A program made the translations under genes and the position numbers. Shown piece by piece: positions 51,513-60,899 of a DNA stretch of 64,000 nt. Where the stretch lies: positions 1,675-65,674 of IMG/VR virus record IMGVR_UViG_3300021371_001301; one strand, given 5' to 3'. Position 1 is the stretch's first letter. Every line of letters begins with the position of its first letter. Source of the stretch: a virus. A model generated the notes under the pieces. The model made no database searches. It was not told where the DNA came from and saw only the letters and a list, made by a program, of their open reading frames with translations.

Positions 51513-52195
51513 ACAACAACTGGAAACGTGTAGGTGTCCGACTTAGTGGAGGTGCTGACAGTAGTATAATATATTACTCACTATGCAAGCATTTTTTAAA
51601 TACCGATACCAAAATAATTCCACTAACAATGACTACTCCACGCAATTGGTGGTATTCAAAAGGTGCACAGATAGTAATTGATCGTGTGGATGAATTACTG
51701 GGAACTAAAACAACAGAACATTATGTGTATCAGGACCAAACACCACACACAGATGAAAGTTACGTTGCGGCGGTTGACCATTTAAGTAAGCAAGCGTATC
51801 GGAAATATAATCTAGATGCAATTTATATTGGACTTACTCGCAATCCACCAATACAAGAGATGAAAGAATTTTTTACTACAGAATTTTGCGACACACACAA
51901 TTTAGATCGAAATGACGTATACGATCATATCAATGATAGAGATCATGAACGAGACAGTCGTGTTGAGCCCGAAGTGCGTAAGATTTACGATAGCAAACTA
52001 CAGCAAGTGATTCCGTTTGCTAACTTAGACAAATTAGCAACAAGAGATTTATATGATTTAGAAAACATGCAGCAAGAACTTTATCCATATACATACAGTT
52101 GCGAAAAGGCTATCCCATTGGATAGTGATCTTAATCACTGTGGGCATTGTTTCTTTTGTTTAGAAAGATTTTGGGCATTTGGGAGATTAATATAA
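51497..52195 (+). CDS. QueC-like PP-loop ATPase, second copy
   Basis: VRLSGGADSS and C-terminal TYSCE..HCGHCFFCLER. Confidence 0.7.
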   Translation: MDLYIDNNWKRVGVRLSGGADSSIIYYSLCKHFLNTDTKIIPLTMTTPRNWWYSKGAQIVIDRVDELLGTKTTEHYVYQDQTPHTDESYVAAVDHLSKQAYRKYNLDAIYIGLTRNPPIQEMKEFFTTEFCDTHNLDRNDVYDHINDRDHERDSRVEPEVRKIYDSKLQQVIPFANLDKLATRDLYDLENMQQELYPYTYSCEKAIPLDSDLNHCGHCFFCLERFWAFGRLI

Positions 52196-52929
52196 TGGAT
52201 AGAGGTTATAAGAATATAGCGGATTATGATGTTGATAGACCAGAATTTGGTACTTATAATTTAGAATTTGATCCGCATCAATTTTTATCAGAAGCACATA
52301 CTGTATATGATAGTCCGACAGCAAAGACAAGTGGTAGAAATAATTTTAACAGATTTAATAATGTTAGCCCAGACACAAAAAAATGGTTACACACGCACTG
52401 GAACCAACGATTTGGTCTAGACTATGATTGGAACTGGGAATATTTTCACAGTGGAGAACCAGCAGGACTGCATACTGATTATACTAGTATACCAAACAGT
52501 TGGCGTGATGGTACAGAAATAACACACGATTGTTATATTGTACTGGGTATAATTATACCACTAGAATGGAATTGTAAACAACCAGCAACAGTTAATTATG
52601 ATATGTTATCAACTGAACCACGTAAGCTAATGTATAAACAAGGAGAGATGCGATACTTAGATGATAATAGTATCTATTCGTATAGATCAGATTGGAAGTA
52701 TGATGAACAAGTGTTACATTATAATCCACGTGGAACTGAATACTTTAAAGAGTATGCTGACTTGGGTTTCCACAGTGCATACGAATGGGAACTTGGAAGT
52801 TGTATAGTATTTGATACTAGACGTTGGCACAGTAGTAGTTGGTTCCTTAGTGATGAACGAATGCCAGACGTAAGTACTGAATACAAACGTAGTATAATTG
52901 GCTTTGCAAGTATAGATGTAGATAGATGA
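52195..52929 (+). CDS. 2OG-Fe(II) oxygenase-like protein
   Basis: GLHTD..IIIPL..VFDTRRWHSS..KRS. Start moved to ATG 52195 (TAATG coupling). Confidence 0.55.
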   Translation: MDRGYKNIADYDVDRPEFGTYNLEFDPHQFLSEAHTVYDSPTAKTSGRNNFNRFNNVSPDTKKWLHTHWNQRFGLDYDWNWEYFHSGEPAGLHTDYTSIPNSWRDGTEITHDCYIVLGIIIPLEWNCKQPATVNYDMLSTEPRKLMYKQGEMRYLDDNSIYSYRSDWKYDEQVLHYNPRGTEYFKEYADLGFHSAYEWELGSCIVFDTRRWHSSSWFLSDERMPDVSTEYKRSIIGFASIDVDR

Positions 52930-54065
52930 GTACATGGTGCGTATTACCCTGGGTGCATGTTTGTGTGAGACCAAACGAACAGATTAAACCCTGTTGTAGA
53001 TTTCAATACAGTGAGGGAGATGCTGAAAATGCTCCTACACTGGATAACTTTGATCTAAGTGCAGAATTTTGGCAACAACTACGTAGTGATATGTTAGCTA
53101 ATAAACCTAGAGCAGAGTGTACTAAATGCTACGAGCAAGAACGTGTACTTAAAGGACATAAACGCAGTAAAAGTTTACGTCACTGGATGAATAGTTTATT
53201 CCCACATATTGATGCTAATACACTAACAGCGGATCCAGACTGTATACGTTATATAGAAATGAGCATAGACAACTTGTGTAATTTCCAGTGCCGTATGTGT
53301 GACAGTAAATTTAGTAGTCAATTACAAAAGCGTGATGCACATATGGGATGGCGGGTAAACAAAAAACTAGAGCCTAACTTTACTAAGTTTGATAAACATG
53401 ATTTAAGTAATTTAGAATACATAAAACTACTGGGTGGCGAACCATTTATGAGTCCAAACTTTGGACCTTTCTTGGACTATTTGTCATCTAAAGGCGCTAA
53501 GTTTGATAACATACGTTTACAAATAAGCACAAACGGTAGTAAAAAACCCAAGCCCGAGCTATTAGATAAACTAAAACAATTCAGTAAAATAGAAATAAAT
53601 GTAAGTTTAGATGCTTGGCATCCCGTAAACGATTACCAGCGTATGGGAGGTGTATATACAGATGTATATGCAAATGCTATGTGGTACAGAAGTCAACTAA
53701 CAAACAGTCATGTAAACTTTCATACTGTTGTAAGTGTGTACACATCAGACAAACTTGGAACAACACTCAAATTTTTAATGGATCAGGAAAACAACGATGT
53801 AAGTGTAGATTGGGTACGTGATCCATTATGGCAAAGTTTAAGTATAGCACCTCCAGAGTTTATTGAATGGGTATTAGAACAAAATCATGACCACGAATTC
53901 GCTACAAAACTTATTCAAAATTTTGTAACTGGAGCAAAATATAATTCAGTTGAATGGAAAAAATTGTTAAATAATACTAGACGACTTGATGAATACTATA
54001 ACTATTCACTAAGTGATGCCAACCCTTTACTACATGAGAAATTATATGAAACATACAGTATTTGA
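52926..54065 (+). CDS. Radical SAM protein with N-terminal twitch domain (#14)
   Basis: CVLPW..IKPCC..CTKC, CNFQCRMC, LGGEP. Confidence 0.9.
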   Translation: MSTWCVLPWVHVCVRPNEQIKPCCRFQYSEGDAENAPTLDNFDLSAEFWQQLRSDMLANKPRAECTKCYEQERVLKGHKRSKSLRHWMNSLFPHIDANTLTADPDCIRYIEMSIDNLCNFQCRMCDSKFSSQLQKRDAHMGWRVNKKLEPNFTKFDKHDLSNLEYIKLLGGEPFMSPNFGPFLDYLSSKGAKFDNIRLQISTNGSKKPKPELLDKLKQFSKIEINVSLDAWHPVNDYQRMGGVYTDVYANAMWYRSQLTNSHVNFHTVVSVYTSDKLGTTLKFLMDQENNDVSVDWVRDPLWQSLSIAPPEFIEWVLEQNHDHEFATKLIQNFVTGAKYNSVEWKKLLNNTRRLDEYYNYSLSDANPLLHEKLYETYSI

Positions 54066-54729
54066 AGATGTGATCCCTTTGGAAGTCTGTCGTGAAATCA
54101 AGGATTTCTTTGACAACAATCCTGACTTGCAGATACACAAACCCAATAATCCAAATGTCGTTAAGATAAACCATCCTTGGCGACATCTTGAAGATTTACT
54201 ACGACCAATAGTAAGCAAGTACTTTAATCCAAACCGAGGTAGTGGCGGTAATATATACAAGCATACTAACTTGTATAGTTTACATGTTGATAGTGATGAG
54301 CCTACACAAATGATTAATGTAAACATTCCAATACATCTAGAAGTAACAGATCCACCACAACACTTTATGGTATTTGATCAGTATACAGATAATGGCTTTG
54401 GTCAAACTTGGTATGGTAAACGCAAAGATATCGACAACTACAATTTTGATCGTAATAAAAAAGTACCAATGAGTCCATACGAAGACCCAAGAGTATATGA
54501 TTGTACAGAAGACCCCATTGACGAACAATTTTATCATGATTATTTAGAGTTTAATAACCACACACCAGAACTATTTCACGGACTAACTGGTACAGCATAT
54601 GATTGGCGACCTGGTAACATGGTAGTTTTTAACAGCAATAACCTGCATTGTACTGGAAAACTAGTAGGACCTTGGAAGATGGGTTTACTTATAAACTTTG
54701 AAGGCACAGTTGAGGAATTACTTGTTTGA
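54046..54729 (+). CDS. 2OG-Fe(II) oxygenase-like protein, related to 52195-52929
   Basis: SLHVD..NVNIPI..VVFNSNNLHCT..K. Start moved to ATG 54046. Confidence 0.6.
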   Translation: MKHTVFEDVIPLEVCREIKDFFDNNPDLQIHKPNNPNVVKINHPWRHLEDLLRPIVSKYFNPNRGSGGNIYKHTNLYSLHVDSDEPTQMINVNIPIHLEVTDPPQHFMVFDQYTDNGFGQTWYGKRKDIDNYNFDRNKKVPMSPYEDPRVYDCTEDPIDEQFYHDYLEFNNHTPELFHGLTGTAYDWRPGNMVVFNSNNLHCTGKLVGPWKMGLLINFEGTVEELLV

Positions 54730-56138
54730 TAGACATTTTATTTTGTATTCTTCCTAAAATAGAACCAACTGCACCTTTGCCTGGAGTTGGTGTATTGAAA
54801 AGCATTGCGACTTTGCATGGATATAGTTCTGAAATACTAGATTTAAATATCAGCGTGTGGCACCAGCTTAATGCTAGAGAATCAGGTCTTGCTAAACATT
54901 TTTATTACGATAATGACGAGGTTTGGTTTGATGACTTTGTTAATCCAAATCCAAAACATAAAGAATTTGCAGAAGACTATCGGGATATTTTCTATAATAT
55001 GATCGCTCAAATTTTAGATAAAGATCCACGTATAGTTGGATTTAGTTTGCTCAGTCAGTTTTCACGTGGTACTGCCTTAACATTAAGTAAGATACTACGT
55101 AAAAAACGTCCAGATATTAAAATAGTATGGGGTGGGCCAACTTGTGATTTCCCTACTAGAGATTTTATACTCAAAAATAATATAGCTGATAACGTTATAA
55201 TTGGTGATGGAGAAGAAGTTTTAGTAGATATATTAGCAGGCAACGAGTTAAGTGCAAAACAAAAAGACAAAAATCAGTTAACTAGCATGGATAATCTTCC
55301 ATTTCCTGATTACAGTGATATTAATTGGGAAGCATATCAAGGCAATAAAGAAGTGTATATAACAGGTTCACGTGGTTGTGTCAAGTCATGTACGTTTTGT
55401 AATGTTAGGGATATATGGCCAAAATTTGTTAGTCGTAATGGTCAACAAATTGTTGATGAGATAATTTATTTACATAAGACGTATGGAAGACAAATGTTTA
55501 GATTTACTGACAGTCTTATTAACGGTAATATGAAAGTATATCGTGATTTTGTTACAACACTTTGTGAGTCGGAAATACTTAACAACATTCAATGGTCAAG
55601 TCAGTGGATTGTTAGAAACAAAAAAACTACACTAGAAGCTGATTTCCAAATGGCTAAATTATCGAATTGTAACGACTTGGAAATCGGAATAGAACATTTT
55701 AGCCAAGAGCCTCGCTGGCATATGGGTAAAAAGTTTACTGATGAGGATATGTGGCATACGTTTGATTTAATAAAACACTATGGCATACCAAGTAGCATTC
55801 TGATGATTATTGGTTATCCAACTGAAACAGAAGAAGACCATCAAACTCAACTAAAAACATTAAGAAAACTGTTTAAAGAAGGATATACAATTAACCAACG
55901 AACAGGAAATCAAATAATGCACTTCAGCGCAACACCAATGATTTTAGATGGTCAAATATATCAAATGGTAAAAGATGAGTTAACTGATTATCATGATTCA
56001 ATAAATTGGACACTGGGTGACAATACAACCAAAGTACGTCAGCGCAGGTATCAAGAATGGACAGATCTTTTAAGCGAGCTGTCAGGACACGACAAAGAAT
56101 GGATGAGTGAGAAAAATTTGAGGCAGTTCGATGCTTAA
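54726..56138 (+). CDS. Cobalamin-binding radical SAM protein (class B methyltransferase-like) (#15)
   Basis: N-terminal B12-binding pattern (P..PLPGVGVL..DLN..VGFS..IVWGGP..IGDGEE..LPFPDY) and GSRGCVKSCTFC. Confidence 0.85.
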   Translation: MIDILFCILPKIEPTAPLPGVGVLKSIATLHGYSSEILDLNISVWHQLNARESGLAKHFYYDNDEVWFDDFVNPNPKHKEFAEDYRDIFYNMIAQILDKDPRIVGFSLLSQFSRGTALTLSKILRKKRPDIKIVWGGPTCDFPTRDFILKNNIADNVIIGDGEEVLVDILAGNELSAKQKDKNQLTSMDNLPFPDYSDINWEAYQGNKEVYITGSRGCVKSCTFCNVRDIWPKFVSRNGQQIVDEIIYLHKTYGRQMFRFTDSLINGNMKVYRDFVTTLCESEILNNIQWSSQWIVRNKKTTLEADFQMAKLSNCNDLEIGIEHFSQEPRWHMGKKFTDEDMWHTFDLIKHYGIPSSILMIIGYPTETEEDHQTQLKTLRKLFKEGYTINQRTGNQIMHFSATPMILDGQIYQMVKDELTDYHDSINWTLGDNTTKVRQRRYQEWTDLLSELSGHDKEWMSEKNLRQFDA

Positions 56139-57333
56139 ATGTAAGTATGCTTGGAGTCACTTAGACTTTCTTCAAGGAGAATATGCTCCTTGTTTTAGGT
56201 ATAAAATTAAACGTCAGCCTATTGCTAGCATGAGCGATACAATGCCAAGCGAAGCAGTTAATCATCCAAACATGTTAGCAGTACGTAATAGTTTAATGCG
56301 AGGTGAGTTTCCAGTTGGTTGTGAAGACTGTCAATATAAAGAAGAAAACGGAGTAAAAAGTTATAGACAAAAAAGTCTCGATAATAAACACTGGGATGAC
56401 AGTGGCATTAATTATAATAAAAGTAGTGTTGACAGTATATTAGATTTAGAACTTAAATTTAGTCGTACTTGTAATTATTTTTGTAGACATTGTATGGCAG
56501 ATAGTAACAGTCAATTTGAACATCTTGGCAAGAAAAATACTGAGATACATGAAATGCTATTACGAGCTGGCTTTGATCATATTGGTCCTGCTGACTCGCC
56601 AATACAAATAATAACTCCTGAACATTTGGAAGACGTTATACAAAATATAATTCCAGGGGTTAAACGTATTACATTTAGTGGTGGCGAGCCATTATATCAT
56701 ATAGGACATTATCGTTTTTTAGAGAGACTTATCAGTGAGCCAGACATTGATACTAGTAAACTTACTATTGCATACAATACAAACATGAGTATGATAGAGT
56801 TTAAGAGTTATAAACTAAGTGATTTGTGGAGTCACTTTGGCGGAGTAGACTTAACAGTTAGTATGGATGGTACATATGATCTGTTTAATTATTTTAGACA
56901 AGGTGGAGATTATAATCAAGTTGTTGATAACTTGTTTAAAATACTCAGTGCAAGTAACAACATACTTGGTGTATATTTGGTGTGTACCAGTACCGCTTAT
57001 CATGCGTTCTATGCTAGTGAAACATTCCGTGACTTAAATGCTCTAGTAGACCAAATACAGGCCATGGGCATTCCAGCTCACACTGATGCCACGTTTGTAC
57101 ACTATCCTGCAGGTTTAGATATAGCAAATCTACCATACAATGTCAAGAGCTTTTTAACTGAATTACATGGTAATGATAATCCTATAATAAAGTATATGCA
57201 AACACCATCAACTGCGGATGCTGAACTGTTTAAAAAAATTGTACGTTGGCAAGATCAGTTACACTTTAAAACCTGTGAGGTTGAACTGCCAAGAATTACA
57301 GAATATGTATACAACAATAATCTGGTCACTTAA
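56131..57333 (+). CDS. Radical SAM protein with N-terminal twitch domain (#16)
   Basis: CKYAW..YAPCFR..CEDC, CNYFCRHC, SGGEP. Confidence 0.88.
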   Translation: MLKCKYAWSHLDFLQGEYAPCFRYKIKRQPIASMSDTMPSEAVNHPNMLAVRNSLMRGEFPVGCEDCQYKEENGVKSYRQKSLDNKHWDDSGINYNKSSVDSILDLELKFSRTCNYFCRHCMADSNSQFEHLGKKNTEIHEMLLRAGFDHIGPADSPIQIITPEHLEDVIQNIIPGVKRITFSGGEPLYHIGHYRFLERLISEPDIDTSKLTIAYNTNMSMIEFKSYKLSDLWSHFGGVDLTVSMDGTYDLFNYFRQGGDYNQVVDNLFKILSASNNILGVYLVCTSTAYHAFYASETFRDLNALVDQIQAMGIPAHTDATFVHYPAGLDIANLPYNVKSFLTELHGNDNPIIKYMQTPSTADAELFKKIVRWQDQLHFKTCEVELPRITEYVYNNNLVT

Positions 57334-57336
57334 CTG

Positions 57337-57371
57337 TATAAATAGTATAAATACATATATCTTAAAGGAGG
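57337..57371 (+). promoter_or_regulatory. Two tandem T4-type late promoters plus strong RBS
   Basis: TATAAATA at 57337-44 and 57346-53. AAGGAGG at 57365-71, 8 nt before the ATG at 57380. Confidence 0.75.
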
Positions 57372-57379
57372 ACGAATTA

Positions 57380-58012
57380 ATGGATTTAACAGCCGTCGAT
57401 ATTAAAAAAGCAGTTATACGCAGTCAGCACTGTCAGAGAAATTTTGATCTAGAACAAAATATTCCTGAAGCAGACATTGAAACACTAGTACATGCTGCAA
57501 CAAACTGTCCAAGTAAACAGAACATGGCTTTTTATAAGTTGCATGTTGTTACTGACAGATCACTTATTGAGCAAGTACATGCTCTAGCAACAGGCACACA
57601 TACTTATGACAAAGACAACAACATGATTGACAGTACAAACAGTCAAGTATTAGCAAATGTCTTATTTGTATTTGAACCAAACGAAATTGAAGACTTATCT
57701 GATAAAAGTCGTGCACGTTGGGAGCAAAAAGATGCTGCTGACCGTGAAGTATTTAAAAGAGATGTAGCTACAGCAATTGGTATTGCAGGTGGGTATATCA
57801 ACTTAACAGCAAGTATTCTTGGATATAGTACTGGTTGTTGCCAGTGTGGTAAAATGGATGCGATTCGTGACGTACTAGGACTTAAAAACCGCCCAGCAAT
57901 GTTGCAGGGTGTAGGTATTAAAGACACAACACGTAATAGACGCTTACATCACGAAACTGGACTTATGTTCCCAACAAATAAAAAAGAAGACATTTCAGTT
58001 AGTCGTCATTAA
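57380..58012 (+). CDS. Nitroreductase-family (FMN-binding) protein
   Basis: IRSQHCQRNFD..IP..DI..LVHAA.NCPSKQN..VVTDR and LTASILGYSTGC. Start moved to ATG 57380. Confidence 0.8.
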   Translation: MDLTAVDIKKAVIRSQHCQRNFDLEQNIPEADIETLVHAATNCPSKQNMAFYKLHVVTDRSLIEQVHALATGTHTYDKDNNMIDSTNSQVLANVLFVFEPNEIEDLSDKSRARWEQKDAADREVFKRDVATAIGIAGGYINLTASILGYSTGCCQCGKMDAIRDVLGLKNRPAMLQGVGIKDTTRNRRLHHETGLMFPTNKKEDISVSRH

Positions 58013-58018
58013 TAATTA

Positions 58019-58027
58019 CCCCCCCCC
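58019..58027 (+). repeat. Poly-C homopolymer (C9)
   Basis: Nine consecutive C between the nitroreductase stop and the terminator, in an AT-rich sequence. Confidence 0.9.
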
Positions 58028-58035
58028 AGAAGATC

Positions 58036-58063
58036 AAAGACAGTCGCTTCGGCGACTGTTTTT
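58036..58063 (+). terminator. Rho-independent terminator with C(UUCG)G tetraloop
   Basis: Stem ACAGTCGC / GCGACTGT with loop TTCG, followed by a T run. This loop is typical of T4-like phage terminators. Confidence 0.9.
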
Positions 58064-58069
58064 ATGAAG

Positions 58070-58077
58070 TATAAGTA
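58070..58077 (+). promoter_or_regulatory. Late-promoter variant TATAAGTA
   Basis: Immediately after the terminator and 5 nt before the ATG at 58083, with no SD sequence. Confidence 0.5.
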
Positions 58078-58082
58078 ATATT

Positions 58083-59237
58083 ATGAAAACAGCATGCAGC
58101 AAAAGCTGGACTGATGTAAACATAGATTTTGCAAATAGATTAATAAGAAACTGTTGTAGATCTGTCGAATATAAAATGCCCGACAGTTATGATATAGATT
58201 TCTTTAATAACAGTCCTCAAATACAGCAAAGAAGATCTAGTACACTATCTGGTGAACAACATCCTGATTGTGCTCATTGTTGGGAAAGTGAAAACGCTGG
58301 AATACCCAGTTACCGCTCACAGCAAAATAAATGGCAAGACTTTAGTGGTGTAACTCGAGATCCACAAACTACATACATTGATGTGACACTTGATACTACA
58401 TGTGATCAAAGTTGTTTATATTGTGCTGCTGATGCTAGTAGTCAAATAGCTCAAGAAGAAGGTGTACCTATACGTGATAACGGTACCGAACATGACTTTG
58501 AAACATTTAAACGTTGGGTATCAACACTTAGTGGAGACGTAGTGTTTAATTTTTTAGGTGGTGAACCAACTGCCAGTAAACGTTTTGCCCCAATGGTAGA
58601 ATATATAAATCAACAAAATGTTAATGCAGAATTTGAAATTTGTACAAATTGTAATACAACTGAACCCATGATGAAACGATTATTAAAAACTATACGTGGT
58701 AGTGGTAAGCCATGGAATGTTGCTATTAGTAATGAAACTTATGCTGAACACGCAGAACTATTACGTTATGGATTAGATTGGGAAAGGTTTAAAAAAAACT
58801 TTATAACTTATATAACTACACCAGAAATTTTAAGCATTACATTGGCACCCACTACCAACGCATTTAGTATACGTTATTTTCCACAATATATCGAGTGGGT
58901 GTATGAAACTTTCTTGACACATGCACCAGATAAATCATTTAGTTGGCATGGTAGTTATATTACTAGACCGCAGGCAATGGATATTAAGTATTTGCCTGCA
59001 AAGGATCGCATGCACATACAACGTGCAATTAGCGTAAACAACAAATACAAAAATCATCATTTGCTAACAAATGCTCGTAACTTAGATAAATTTGGTGAAT
59101 ATCTACAAGCAATGTCTGACAGAATAGGGTCTGCAACTCCTGAAGGTTATAGTGATCGTAATCAACAAATTGGGCTGAAGCACTTCCTCAATGAAAAACA
59201 ACAAGTCAAACAAAAGGATCTATCGTCACTATTATGA
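58083..59237 (+). CDS. Radical SAM protein with N-terminal twitch domain (#17)
   Basis: CSKSW..IRNCC..CAHCW, CDQSCLYC, LGGEP. Confidence 0.9.
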   Translation: MKTACSKSWTDVNIDFANRLIRNCCRSVEYKMPDSYDIDFFNNSPQIQQRRSSTLSGEQHPDCAHCWESENAGIPSYRSQQNKWQDFSGVTRDPQTTYIDVTLDTTCDQSCLYCAADASSQIAQEEGVPIRDNGTEHDFETFKRWVSTLSGDVVFNFLGGEPTASKRFAPMVEYINQQNVNAEFEICTNCNTTEPMMKRLLKTIRGSGKPWNVAISNETYAEHAELLRYGLDWERFKKNFITYITTPEILSITLAPTTNAFSIRYFPQYIEWVYETFLTHAPDKSFSWHGSYITRPQAMDIKYLPAKDRMHIQRAISVNNKYKNHHLLTNARNLDKFGEYLQAMSDRIGSATPEGYSDRNQQIGLKHFLNEKQQVKQKDLSSLL

Positions 59238-60358
59238 CTAATTTTTGTGTACATAGTTTAGCTGGTGTAAGTGTAGTAGATAGTCGTGGAGCACTGCGTC
59301 CATGCTGCAAATACGATAATAGAGATAGTATTCCTACCATATTTGATGTCGACACACTGGACGGGTTGCATCGTATTAAACCATATGCTGATATAAAAAA
59401 TAATCTCAATAAAGGCAATTGGCCACGTGGCTGCCATCGATGCCAACTGTCTGAACAGAGTAATATACAATCACGTAGACAATGGACAAATAAGTTTTAT
59501 GGCGATCATGGTTTGATTTTGAAACCAGGCAAGATTCAAGACTTAGAGATTGCACTAGATTATACATGTAACATGCGTTGTCAAATATGCAATCCCGGAG
59601 CGAGTAGTAAGTGGAGTACTGATAAAAGTTTACTCAATGAACTAGATACATTGGGTGTAAAACTGGATGGTCATACTGATTATCGTAACTACCAGGATCG
59701 TATGCAGTATGTGTTATCAAATACTGATTTAAGTGCAGCACGACATGTTAAAATAGAAGGCGGCGAGCCGTTTTACGCCAAACATTTAAGTTGGTTTGTA
59801 AACAAATTACGACATGAAGTTTTACAACCACACCTGTTATTTTTAAATATCACAACAAACGGCAGTGTATATCCAGAAAAAAAAGTTATACGGCAATTGC
59901 AATACTTTCGAAACAGTTGTATATCATTTAGTTTAGATGGTACGGAAAAACTAGCAGAAGCTACTCGTTGGGGAGCTAAATGGGAAACTATTGATGAAAA
60001 TATCAAGAAGTTTACGCAAACTGGTATTAACTTGCAAGCTAGTTGTACTGTTAGTATACTTAATTGGAACCAACTTGCTCCATTGATAAGATACTTAAAA
60101 CATCGAAACATAACATTAAATTTTAGTGAGCTGACAGATCCAAAACATTTAAGTATATACCAGTTACCACTCAGTGTTAGAAAACAATTTGTAACTGGTA
60201 ACACATCGTTAGACAATATACTAACCGCAGATATTACGATTGATAATCAGTTATCAAAAACTCGTGATTATATTAATATTATTGATCGCTACCAAAAAAC
60301 AGATTTTAGTAGTGTGAATAAACAAGCATGGGAGATAATAAATGCTAATATCAGGTAA
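59234..60358 (+). CDS. Radical SAM protein with N-terminal twitch domain (#18)
   Basis: FCVH..GALRPCC..CHRC, CNMRCQIC, EGGEP. Confidence 0.9.
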   Translation: MTNFCVHSLAGVSVVDSRGALRPCCKYDNRDSIPTIFDVDTLDGLHRIKPYADIKNNLNKGNWPRGCHRCQLSEQSNIQSRRQWTNKFYGDHGLILKPGKIQDLEIALDYTCNMRCQICNPGASSKWSTDKSLLNELDTLGVKLDGHTDYRNYQDRMQYVLSNTDLSAARHVKIEGGEPFYAKHLSWFVNKLRHEVLQPHLLFLNITTNGSVYPEKKVIRQLQYFRNSCISFSLDGTEKLAEATRWGAKWETIDENIKKFTQTGINLQASCTVSILNWNQLAPLIRYLKHRNITLNFSELTDPKHLSIYQLPLSVRKQFVTGNTSLDNILTADITIDNQLSKTRDYINIIDRYQKTDFSSVNKQAWEIINANIR

Positions 60359-60899
60359 TCCTGAACAGGGAATAGCACAAGCACTGTTTAAGTTATATCC
60401 AGATGCTACCTATATGAGTAGAAGTAGTGGACATGACTTGGTTGAACGGCGTGGAAGAGAGAGTTTTGCTCAAGAAGCACTTAATCATGACGTTATTATA
60501 GTTAACAGTGCACTGTGGCAGTTTCAACAAACTGTACTACTAGATGCAGTGTACAAGAGCCTAAAGGATGCCAAGAAACTAGCACATATTGTTGTAATTG
60601 GTAGTACGACTGATAGAGTTAAGAACGGCAAGGCATGGTTATACAATGCAGAAAAGAAAGCGTTGCGTGATTACAGTAATACACTAGCAATAGGCGGTGT
60701 TTGGAGTCGTATGCCTAAAGTAAGCTACATTAGTTTTGGTACACTTAGCAATAATGAACACAAACATCCTGACAGGCGTTGTATGGATATAGATCAGGCT
60801 GCTGGATATATTAAATGGATTATTGATGCTCCACGTGAAATAAATATAAATGAAATAAGTATTGATCCTATGCAAGACGATAACTGGTATGCCCTTTAG
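60342..60899 (+). CDS. Short-chain dehydrogenase/reductase-like protein
   Basis: LISGN..GIAQAL..DVIIVNSA..IVVIGS..YNAEK (YxxxK). Confidence 0.7.
   Translation: MLISGNPEQGIAQALFKLYPDATYMSRSSGHDLVERRGRESFAQEALNHDVIIVNSALWQFQQTVLLDAVYKSLKDAKKLAHIVVIGSTTDRVKNGKAWLYNAEKKALRDYSNTLAIGGVWSRMPKVSYISFGTLSNNEHKHPDRRCMDIDQAAGYIKWIIDAPREININEISIDPMQDDNWYAL

Noticed and set aside
43752-52195. Complete 7-deazaguanine DNA modification system
   Set aside because: Only QueC-like genes are present, with no recognisable FolE, QueD or DpdA here. It cannot be excluded elsewhere in the genome.
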